From Ptychomitrium polyphyllum (Eukaryota): a DNA stretch of 64,000 bases. A model generated the notes under the pieces. It was not told the origin of the DNA and searched no databases. It saw nothing but the letters and a program-made list of their open reading frames with translations. The stretch is taken from NCBI GenBank assembly GCA_973851085.1, contig OZ316775.1:20212001-20276000 (forward strand), read 5' to 3'. Of the stretch, positions 10,729 through 21,600 are shown piece after piece (the stretch's first letter is position 1; every line of letters begins with the position of its first letter). A program made the translations under genes and the position numbers.

Positions 10729-13700
10729 TCGGAAAAAGGAAATGAAATAAGAATGATGGAATAAACGGAAAACTAGTGACGAGAAGGTTGTGTTTGAACC
10801 AATGCAAAGTTGGAGCAAGGTGGACGTAATAAAGTAAAAGTGAACTGTGTAAATTGGATTGCATGTGGGTTTGGCTTGGTCAGCACTCCCTCCCAATGTG
10901 ATTGCAATCTCAAAACAGTCTCATGTGGGGATGGTATGTAAACTAGTTGTTAGTAGGGCAAGAGGAAAAGTCTTAGACAGCTAGTCGTTGAGGATGGAAA
11001 GTAGAGACTAAGAGTCAGGATTTTTTTTTAAATTCAAAAAAATTCTGTAGTTATTGGGGTACCAGTTTTTGTAGTTTGCTCTTATTTGTTTTGTTTACCA
11101 TGTTGTTCATGTGAATGCATATAATTAATATTTAACATTTACAGGGTTCACCTAAAGATTTTCTACATTACGTCATATACTTTTTAATCATTTGGGAGGG
11201 CTTTAAAGTTCAACGGTATTATGTGCCCGTACCTAATTCTGCATGATCAACGTTGGTATAAAATTTCAAGAATAGTTATTTTCTGGTTACTTTGTCTAAT
11301 ATAATTCGAAAGGTTCAAGCTCTGCTCATTTTATAATATTATGTATCTTTGTATAATGTTAAATAAAACCCAAGCTCCTCAGTCGACCTCAGCAGGAGAA
11401 TGACGGCGTTTGTACTGAACTACATTTATTGGTAGAGTACTCAAGTAAAACCACTCTACGCTGTTTGAATCAATTACGAAGTCCACATTTAGCAAATAAA
11501 TCTGGGTTGTGAAGGAAAATGTAGTAACGAATAAGTCAATTGGCAGATCCAAAGAGAATGCAGATCTAAGAAGGCCATTAGACTGTCACTTACATGTCAA
11601 GAGCAGTAATGCCAGAATCTGGATTTAGAGTGCACTATTGGGCACCGAGGTTTGCTTTGTGAATGTATGATCTAGTGTTGTAAGAGAATGTTCGCCTTGC
11701 AAGACACAATCCAGACACAAGCGTTATACAGGCACAGTTAAAGAATTATGTGTTGTGAAATGCTTTAGTGTACCTTTGAAAGGCCAATGGCCAGCTCTCA
11801 AATGAAGTTTACAATCCATGAGCAATCGTTTCAGCTGCTGTTCTATGCAATATTCAAATATTGTAAGTGCAGGGTATAAGTTGAACAAATATGTGTGCTA
11901 AGGCAAGAAATGGGACAAATTACAGCAATAAGGAAGGATTAAGACAACTAATCGCTTCACATTAAAATGAAGATTGTGCTGTGTTGATGTGACTAGTTTT
12001 ACAAGATTGTTCATTACAGACGTCACAGGGGCTTTTACGTCCCTAATGACATGTAAACATCCGTTTTTGTCCACTATGTCCTGTTAGCAATATCCTAAAT
12101 GTGGACAATAATTATTTTCTTATTATTAGGCAATAGACATTGGAAGTTAGAGAGAAACGGGGGTGGAGAGACAAAGGGCGTAAGAGAGTGGAATGGGGTC
12201 AAAGAGACTAATGGGGTAGGAGAGATGGACATGGTTTCAAATTGGGCCCATCATGATTTGTTTGTTTTTGGTTCATTTAGATTTGTCTAGGGCCAAGTGC
12301 TAAGTAACGAATGGAAGGATCTCTTCACCTAAAATAATAAACTCCACAGCACATCAAACTTTGAAAAAGTTACCTTGTATCTAAACTTTTGAGAAAATTT
12401 AAAAAGTCTAGGCACCATCCCTATCTGGACATCCCCATCTGGACATCTAGCGTCTGGCATTTGCCTCCAGCAAAACATCCGGTTGCTTGATAACCCTGTA
12501 GCTTTATCCTGCCACTGTTTACCCAAATGCTCACTGACAGTTAAAACAATGTACCGTAAGAGAACAATACGTTCTAAACCTAGATATATTCAACGGTAAA
12601 GTAAAATTGACAGTGTTACACCGATGGCATCAAATTTATATGCAGTTTGCTTTACACACAATTTATTGCGCGATGCACTGCTACCCAAAGTCCATGGAAT
12701 TAAATTCCTCACTAAATCATCTAGTCCAGCAGGAAATGGTGAAAGTTGAATTACATGGAAGCAATCAGCGAGTGACCAGGAGGAAAAAGCTTTGCACCCA
12801 TAATTTGTTATAGGTGGCAGCCAAAGACCATGCACTTGTCAGGGTTGATTAGGGGTGGAATTTGAATTTCTTCCTACTAAATTAGTCCACTCTCAGTTCT
12901 AGCATGTCATTAATCTCATGCAGCTCAATCCTCGTTCTCGTGTCCTCCTATGTATCATTGCGTTCTAGGTAGGAAGAGACACGTTCATTTCCACCAAAGT
13001 CCACAGGCCCCATTACCACATCCACGGAGAAGTAGGCTGCACTGCTTCTGGTTTTGGCGGTGCTATAATGATTACCATTGCTCACCATCAGCTCCACAAC
13101 CACATTCTTGAGCTTCACCAACGGTCTCAATATCTTCAAGTGCCTCCCTGTTCTGGAGCTGCTCTTATGCAGGAATCCAGCAGCTACCCCATTATCACCC
13201 AACACAGAACCGTCGCACACTTTCGCCTGGTGGTCCTCCGCAATTGACTGCAACGTCGACTTCAATCTCTTGCATGAACTCATGTCGACCAAAAATTAAG
13301 ATGTCAACGCAGCTTACAAAGTAATTGCCTTGAGACAGCAACATTACACTGGAACAATGCTAAACCTCTTCAGAGAAATGGATCATTTCTACTGGAAGCA
13401 CAACGTTACAAATTGTTTGAGAGTACAACCAATCAGAGAGGAAGCCACGTCGGAAAAATCTGAATTGCAAGGCTCAACCGTGATTCTTATACAAAAATCT
13501 GGCACCACAACAGTAGTACTTTTAGAAATCTCTTATGTGACGAGATGACACTTCAGGAAGCAGGCGCAATCTCTACTATACACACAAAATGTTCACAATA
13601 TGTCATGGAAGCCTGCGCGTGCTCCCAGCCTGGTGCTTGACTAGGTCATATAGTATGCCTCACCCTCACATGGGCCAAAATGCAGACTTTGGTTTGTCAG

Positions 13701-14638
13701 CATGCGCTGTGCATGGTCACCTGTTAGACTATCTATAAAAAATATTTACGGTGAGAAGATGCGTACTGTCGGCGAGCACTGCTACAAAAACCTGGTAATT
13801 TTCTTTTTCACTTTGAACACATGCCATGCAGCACACGGAGCTAGGGTGGTTAATCATTTAGAGAGCATATGACTACTTTGTGGTGTAAAATTGCCAAAGC
13901 TGCTTGTAACACCAAATCTGTCATGAACTAGATTTTGGACTTAAGTCTCATATTAAGACTATATTTGTGAAAACGGCACATGCCACTTGAAAGCGCTATA
14001 CAAGACATTTTCAAAATGCTATGTGCTGCAATTTATGTTCTTTCAAAAAATTGTAGTGGTACTAATAAAATCAAAATTTAAAATCATTTTATGGAGATAA
14101 AAATAATTATACTTATGCAGACAATTGATGTAAAATGACTCGTTTTGTTGAATACTAATAAATCCAAAATTGATGCCTGTCTATACATTTTGGCACAGCT
14201 AGGCATACTTTTGAAACACGTACAGATCTGTATAATTCACATCTACTGTAAAAGGTTAAAAAACAAAGTACAGCCTATACACGTCTCATGTTAACATAAG
14301 AATCAAAAAATTTGTTATCATACATAAATATGGCATTCCAATAATCATAAAAACTCTTCATTTGGAATCAACAAACTACTTATTTCCACTTTCATCATGA
14401 TTGGCTGTATAAGACATTTATGCATGTCCTATGCATCCCTACATGAGACTATTTTGAGATTGCAATCACATTGGGAGGGAGTGCTGACCAAGCCAAACCC
14501 ACATGCAATCCAATTTACACAGTTCACTTTTACTTTATTACGTCCACCTTGCTCCAACTTTGCATTGGTTCAAACACAACCTTCTCGTCACTAGTTTTCC
14601 GTTTATTCCATCATTCTTATTTCATTTCCTTTTTCCGA

Positions 14639-14759
14639 CCCTTTGCTCCTTTCACTTTGCTCCTTTTACTTCGCTCCATTTACTTTGCTCCTTTCATTTT
14701 GCTTCTTTTACTTTGCTCCTTTCATTTTGCTTCTTTTACTTTGCTCCTTTTCCTTTTCT
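14639..14759. repeat. Degenerate ~14-bp pyrimidine-rich tandem repeat upstream of peptide gene copy 2
   Basis: CTTTGCTCCTTTCA and TTTTGCTTCTTTTA type units. Confidence 0.85.
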
Positions 14760-14768
14760 CTTCATCCC

Positions 14769-14776
14769 TATATATG
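14769..14776 (+). promoter_or_regulatory. Candidate TATA box of peptide gene copy 2 (mirror copy near 10591-10598 on -)
   Basis: CCTATATATG directly after the pyrimidine repeat, about 120 bp before the ATG. Confidence 0.5.
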
Positions 14777-14892
14777 CATCATGCCACTCATACACAACTC
14801 TTATGTTGTGATTCATTTTCAACCCTCACACTATTTTTTCTTCCGCTTACTTCTACTGCATGCAAGCCAATCACGCTCATCTAACTCCCACA

Positions 14893-15312
14893 ATGGCAAG
14901 CCTGGGCTGGTTATCAAAGTTGTCACGCTCACTTGCAATCCTCTGCATCATTGCGCTCTTGGTCAATTGGCAAGCGGTCTCGGCAAACCGTAAACTCTTA
15001 GATGGGCCTACACACCAAGCGGCGAATGAAGTTGCAGAATTCACATTGTATTTTGAAAACCCCCAGAATATAACCGAGGGAGGACCCGAAGTGACACAGC
15101 AAGTGTTTCGCTTCGAACCTCATCGTCATGCAATTCGACGGCACCATCCATTTCCTTTTCCGTTCCCGTTCCCGTTTCCGAAGCCCGGTTCGAACGGAGG
15201 TTCGGACGGAGATCCGGATGGAAATGGAACTGGTAAAGACTGCAGCGAAGTCCCAACAGAGCCAAATTTTTACAGAGTTTGTTTCACCGACGGAGATTGT
15301 ATATCGTGTTGA
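14893..15312 (+). CDS. Putative secreted Pro-rich, C-terminally Cys-rich protein, copy 2 (ORF could start at 14860)
   Basis: Translation identical to copy 1. Confidence 0.7.
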   Translation: MASLGWLSKLSRSLAILCIIALLVNWQAVSANRKLLDGPTHQAANEVAEFTLYFENPQNITEGGPEVTQQVFRFEPHRHAIRRHHPFPFPFPFPFPKPGSNGGSDGDPDGNGTGKDCSEVPTEPNFYRVCFTDGDCISC

Positions 15313-17429
15313 GTCGGGGGACGGCAGACCACTCAGAGGCCGCTCAGTACAGCATCGTATCAAAACATCTGGTCGATGAGTCCGCCTTGCTGGGACCGGA
15401 GAGACGAGCTTGCAGCATGCGCTGTAGAACAGAGGTGGAAGCACAACCACAGGATGTGCTGGCGTACAACCATGGACTTCGGAATCTAGAGGTTTCGTGA
15501 GAAAGAATTACCCAAGTGGAAGCTGAAGGTGTTCCTGTTTGGGAAGCTAGATTCAGAATATCAGGTAGTTTTATGTTGTGGGGACTATGTAACAGTAAGA
15601 TCTCACAGTGTCACATACGTGGACTTGGAGCCAGTTTGGGCTGGATTTGAAGTCGAACTATGGCATGATTGTTTTTTTGTTAGTTTGGCTGTCAGAGAGG
15701 ATCCTACAAAACTTGTAATATTATTCTTATAATAGTACCGGTTTATTTGGTTTGAACAGTAATCATATTGAAAGACATTCCATTAGGAAGCATCACTATT
15801 CAGAAGTGTAATTTTCATTATCTTGAGATCGATATTTTATTCAGGACTTAAATTAAGGTGATTTTGAGGGATAGAGTTTTAAGAAAGTTCTGGAACACAA
15901 GAATTATATTAAGCTCCGTCTATTTTATGAGATATTTAATTTGAAATTTTGAGTTTGTTTGTCATTGAACTTTGAAACTGATGTTCAAGATATGAAGGCA
16001 TTAATTTATTGGGGCATAGGCTTCTTTGTATGAATATTGTATTTTAGAATCTCTAAATAGTATGGATTTGATGAGAATCTTGTTTCTTTAAATTTAAATA
16101 GTTTAAGGTGGAATTATGGAAATGTATATGGTTGGTTTATATAGAAGTCTGAATGTTAAATTTGAAGGAATTCAAATTTACGAGAATAAGAGGATAAATT
16201 CTCTGAAGCATATACTTACAAGATTTCATTTTTGAAAAGGTAGAAAGTTGAGCACCTACAATACAATATATCTTCTGAGATTGTAATGAGATTGTTAATG
16301 ATCATCCAAATTTAGATATAGGAAATCTTGTTTCATTATTGTGTACTGAACTAAATTCTAAAATAATGGCCATTAGAAATATTTTTCATACAGCAGAACC
16401 CATATGATAGTGCCCAGTGGCTCAAAGATTGAAATACTTGAATTTGTAACTTGTGCCATGCCTCATCTTCGAAGGGTAGAGGGAAAATTATAATTTACGC
16501 TACGAACTAACCTCATCAAATATCGTGTAACTGCATGCCGGTTATTAGCAAAGATGTGCGATTACAGATACCTGGTAGTTTGCTAGAATCGCACTTATCA
16601 TCGTCAGCAATATCCATCACTTTATCCATATGCACAACTGGCACGGATCGACTTCCAAGTGTTCTACACTGCCTGCGGTGACGAACATCCGGACCGGTAC
16701 TAACCAAGGCAGGATCAGATCGAATGTCATGTCATGTCATTTCAAGTTCTGCAGTGTATATTGCAAGTTGAAAGACGTCAATTTCGCTACCTCCGCAGCC
16801 TTCTACTACACTCAAGTTATCAGAGCAGCAAGTCTCGAGCTGCATTTGCATCCTAGAAAGAGAGAAGAAGTTGGATCGTGAATTTGGAAGTGGGATTTAT
16901 AACTAGAGGTTCAGCTTACAGTAGAATGCAATCTTGATCTATGTATAGAAGATATTTCTGAGCTAATTTAGGAGACGGTGCGTACTTTGGAACATATCAG
17001 TTTCGTTGCTTGAGAGCGAGTGAGTCCTTTGCCTTCGCTGAAATCTGCGTTCTGTCAATGTTCGCAGAGAAGTTTGCATTCAGCTGGAGTGTTGTGAGTC
17101 GAATTAGAGGTCATCCCACTTGTTTCAAAAAATTTGCAGAAACGCATACTAGAGCGGGTATGATGCGGCCCTCTCGAGATACGCAAGACGTCTACAGATT
17201 TCACCGAATAGCACACGAGTATTTTCGCGGATGGATGATCGATTCCGAATGTAGTCGTCAAGAACCAGCGATTTCAGAAAACTTGGGCTATGAAAGAGAT
17301 CGACGTCGTGCGCACCTGACGACAACCACATCGCTTTAATTTGTAGTATTTTCCTTCGAACAAACGACCTTGTGAAGAGATTGCACCTCCTCACATCAAT
17401 TCACGACTACAAGGCCAGTGTCTGTTGCG

Positions 17430-18608
17430 ATGGGGAGGATCCTGAGCGACACTTTTACATTTTCGAACTCCACCTTGGATGCGACAGCCACGACGTCTAT
17501 AGCGCCACCCGTTGCGTGCAATGTCACGAGCCAGGCCTGCGTGGAGGCGGTGCGCAAGACTGGGAATTTCAATCTCACTGTGGCGGTCGTGGTGTCCGCC
17601 CTGATCTTATGCTTCTTCGTGATAGGTTTCGCTTCGGGTTTCTTGAGACAGTGGATCTGGGGTTACGACGATGAAGTTCGGCACAGCGAGTTGATGCGTC
17701 GACGTCGCCTGCACTCCTTGCGGGCCCTTGGAATCCAGACATCCTTAAAACCCCAGTGCGGTCTCGACCCCGAGATTGTGGCGGCCATGCCTCTCATCCT
17801 GCACAAGGACTTGCCCGCAGACGAGCATGCGGGGAAATATTTCGACTGCCCAGTGTGCTTGGCCGTGTTCGACGCAACCGATAGCTTGAAGCTGCTGCCC
17901 CTATGCTCTCACGCGTTTCACTCCGACTGCATCGATGAATGGTTCCGCTTCCACTCCACCTGCCCCACCTGTCGCGTCTATCTGGCACCTACGGTTGATA
18001 AATCGAGTACAAGCGATGATGCTGAAGGTAGACCTCCACTGTCTGAAGACGACGCCAACGCAAGTGGAATCCGCCCAGCAGCGAACTTCGACGTCGTTGA
18101 CATCGATGGCCCTACCGCCATTCTGGGACATGAAGCTCAAGGTATTTCCCGCTCCCCTACATTTTGAATTCTTCTTTAAACAAAATTGCCAGAGAAAGAA
18201 AGCTTGGGAAAAGGACTATTTAGATGGTATGCTCTGGTACAGGCTTGTGTGTGACTGGATTGAGCTTCGGTGGGATGCTGTAAATGTTTTGACGAATTCG
18301 ATTCTCCATTTGGGTAAGCAGAGACTTCAACTGTGAGTGCACTGACGGCAGGAGAGGAGGAGCAGAGTGTGCAAGTGAATGTATGTCCAATCGGCTGTAG
18401 CGATTCAGAGGGTTTTTTATCTTTCGCACCTGCAATTCGAGTTGACATTGCGCCTGCGAAACCTGAATTAGAATCGATCCGTCGTTCGAGCTCTGAAGGC
18501 ACCGACCTCCAGCTTAGACGCCATGCCTGCTATGTCATCGACAGCGAGGGCACACAGCACCATCGAAATTTTCAAGTTCATGCCATAGATATGGACGGTC
18601 GAAGCTGA
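17430..18608 (+). CDS. ATL-family RING-H2 E3 ubiquitin ligase; exons 17430-18141 and 18322-18608 (second exon less certain)
   Basis: N-terminal TM helix, basic RRRR, GLD motif (GLDPEIVAAMP) and RING-H2 CPVC...CSHAFHSDCIDEW...CPTC. A GT-AG intron at 18142-18321 joins in frame to ORF 18333-18608. Confidence 0.9.
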
Positions 18609-21600
18609 GTAACTCTCTCGTCCCGAAGCCTGTGAGCCTTTCGGAGCCTTTCAGTGTGGCGTCTGGGAGCATGTCGAGCGAAGCTACATGTCTGACGTGC
18701 GTTTGGTGTACGAGAGGGAGCTTTCTGAATTTGAGGCAAATTGGACCAGTTTGGAAGTTATCACCTGAAGGCGCCGGAAGCAGAAACTCGTGATTCGCTA
18801 TCACCGTTCATGTAGTTTATTAGATCAGCTCTCCCTTCCTAATACTAGGAATTTTTCTGTAATAACTTGAGCATCAACATATTTTTGGAGAATTTCTCAC
18901 TTTACTGTACGATATTTGACACTTAGGACGCCGAATCATTTCTGTTCGAGGAAATGTATGTGAAGGATACAACCTTCTCTGTTTCTCGCGATTGTGGTCA
19001 AAGGGACGTTGGAACTTGGTTATATCTTCTCAACTGTGTACTGTCACTAGAATAGCTGCTCCCGCTAGTAGAATTTCATGCGAAAGGAAATGGGTGAGAG
19101 TGAGACTGATGGATCATGAGTGGGACCTTCTTGCGCAGATTTTACCTCACTCAGATGACTATATCTGAATATGCTTCTTTCTCAGATTACTAATCCTTGA
19201 AATTCTTGTATTATATAGATATCCCTTTGAACTAGTCAATCCATCATCCTACTCGCATGAAGATGGCCATTCCAGACACAGTGAAGGTGAAGCAGTCAGG
19301 GGGAGTACAGTTTATTGCAAATACATGATAACATCTCTACGTGGATTTTGCTGTATACCGGTGTACAGTAATTAAGCGAGTGTCTGCAGGAGTTGCGCAA
19401 CTGACTCAATGATTTGTGGTCATTTCACTCATTCTCATAGGAGAATAGCATAAAACTTGTGCTCTATCTCTTGCGCTTTTTAAAGACAACAACAAAAACA
19501 CGACGCTGGCAACTGAAGACAACAGAAGTATGAAAGCGAATAGGGATGGAGTGTCTAGATGTGCATGGCAGTAAAGATCTAATCCTTAGTCACAGTATGT
19601 TCCACTAAAACACGCTTAGGCAAAGCACTGAAGCCTCTTGAATTCATAGTGGTCCTCACATATTGCTACGAGGTCTGAAATTGTTTGGTACACAACATAA
19701 TATCTTTTAGCAAACTTGGGTGTGTCAGCCAGATGGTACAAACATCCATAACCATAACTGTAAGCCATGTTAACATTGTTCCTATTCACAAGCAGCTATA
19801 GGTTTTAGATTTCCATATAATATGATATTTTCAAACAAATAGGTGTCTTCAATGTTAAAAACATTTTAAAATAACATTATACCTTCTATGAAAGGAAAGT
19901 GTCCAAAAATAAGTAAGAAATTCAAAGCCAACTGCAATATTGGAAAACGTAGAATCAATTGTAAGAAGTTAGCTCGACTTGTGGCTATCTTCAAATCTCA
20001 CAATAATTCAAATAATTTTGTATACTTTCAAAATTACTCAAAGAAACTATGTTTCATTTATAATCGCCAAAGAAATCAACAAATATCCAAATAATTTGAC
20101 CGTATACAGCATACAAATTCTAAAATTGATGATATCATTTAATACAAAACATAATACATTCAAGTATATACATCACAAAGTTTAGTAGAAATAAATGTTT
20201 AAGTAACATATCATGTTTTTCTATGTATTGTCTCTGTACAATCACAGAGGAACTAAAGCATGAGGAAATGGAAATGTAGCCAAGTTCACTCCTTTCTGAG
20301 GGGGATGCATCTTGCTCCATGTTCAGTGCACTTCGTGATGACTAACAATGCAGACCAATAGTACTCTTCACTCTGAGCCCCTGAACCAAGGAAAGTGTAA
20401 AAAGCAATACCTGAATACTTCTTCTGTTTGTTATTCTCATGGGATGTATGCATTTCAAGAGTGTAATGCAATCATGCTCAAGAATAACGCCTGAAAGGTA
20501 GGTACTTTAGATTTCATGACACCTGTACACTCAAAACCACTACAATATTATATGGCATTTATAATCACATTCTATATGACACTATTTATCGATCTTCAGA
20601 AACTGCTCTGTTGGTTCCATCCACATGTGATTGGTTTTTGGTATTGGTGACACTAAAAGGCTAATTTTACACTTGTAGTTGAACAACATATTTGATATGC
20701 ACGGCACTAAATATGATTTTGAGTGTAGTCAAAGTGGTCATTAACCATTGCAGCATTTTTATTTTGTCATCTAAAAATAATTACCTACGTTTGAGTACTT
20801 TTAACTTAGAATGAGAATGATAATATAAGAATTGATTACTTTACAGAGACAGTTGAATGAGTTGAAGACACTATTTACATTTGTCATAAAGTATCTTGTT
20901 ATCAAAGTTCAAAATTGGTATTTGTGATTTTTTGAAAGTAACAGGATTTTTAACTAAACTTTAATTTCAATGAATTCTAAATTGCCAAATTTATGGAAAA
21001 ATGACTCTATTCCAATGGAGTTATGGTTTTAATTTTGTGCATTACCATCATTGACAAAACATATCATGAATAAATTACTAAGGCCTTGATTTTCAATCAC
21101 AAATCCTAAGTTAAGAAAAATACTAAAAAAGTATGTGAAAATAGCTTTGTTCTGAATATGAACTTTGCACAAAAGAGATGATCTGTGGTTTTTATATTGA
21201 CCATTTTGTATTGAAGTAATTGAATAATTATTTTTAAGATTTTAATTCGAAAACATCAAATAAAAACCTAATTTAAGATTTTAAGGAATGTTACATTTTT
21301 CAAAATGAATAATTTAAAATCTCCCAATTTAAACCATTTTAACAAGTTTTACTACCAAATTTTCAAAAGTTGGCTCATATTCAAATTAAAGAGGAATTTC
21401 AAATCTTAAATTTTAAGTATTATGCAATGGATGTTAATTTTTGTAAATTAAATAATATAAATTAAATTTAAAATTCAAAACTCACAAAATTTATTGATTC
21501 ATTAAATTTATATTATCCCTTTAATAAGTATTTATTATGGATCTTTGAAAATCTCCAAGTTAAATACAATTGAATCAACTAAAGATTAATAAAAAGCTCC

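Larger units (their letters stand above)
9566..10933. repeat. Left arm of a long inverted repeat (pairs with 14434-15801)
   Basis: All ORFs in the arm recur with identical translations at mirror coordinates summing to 25367. Match runs 9566-10915, then 2 mismatches up to 10933. Confidence 0.97.
14434..15801. repeat. Right arm of the long inverted repeat (pairs with 9566-10933)
   Basis: Reverse complement of the left arm; both boundaries checked by eye. Confidence 0.97.

Noticed and set aside
10374..10896. Overlapping Phe/Leu-rich ORFs of 102-137 aa (and mirrors at 14471-14993)
   Set aside because: They arise from the stop-free pyrimidine tandem repeat; low complexity in all three frames.
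15310..15312. TGA after CISC as selenocysteine
   Set aside because: Land plants lack the Sec machinery and I could not identify a SECIS.
9566..15801. Inverted arms as TIRs of a Mutator/foldback transposon
   Set aside because: No target-site duplication seen at the outer flanks and no transposase in the spacer; the arms contain a gene-like unit.
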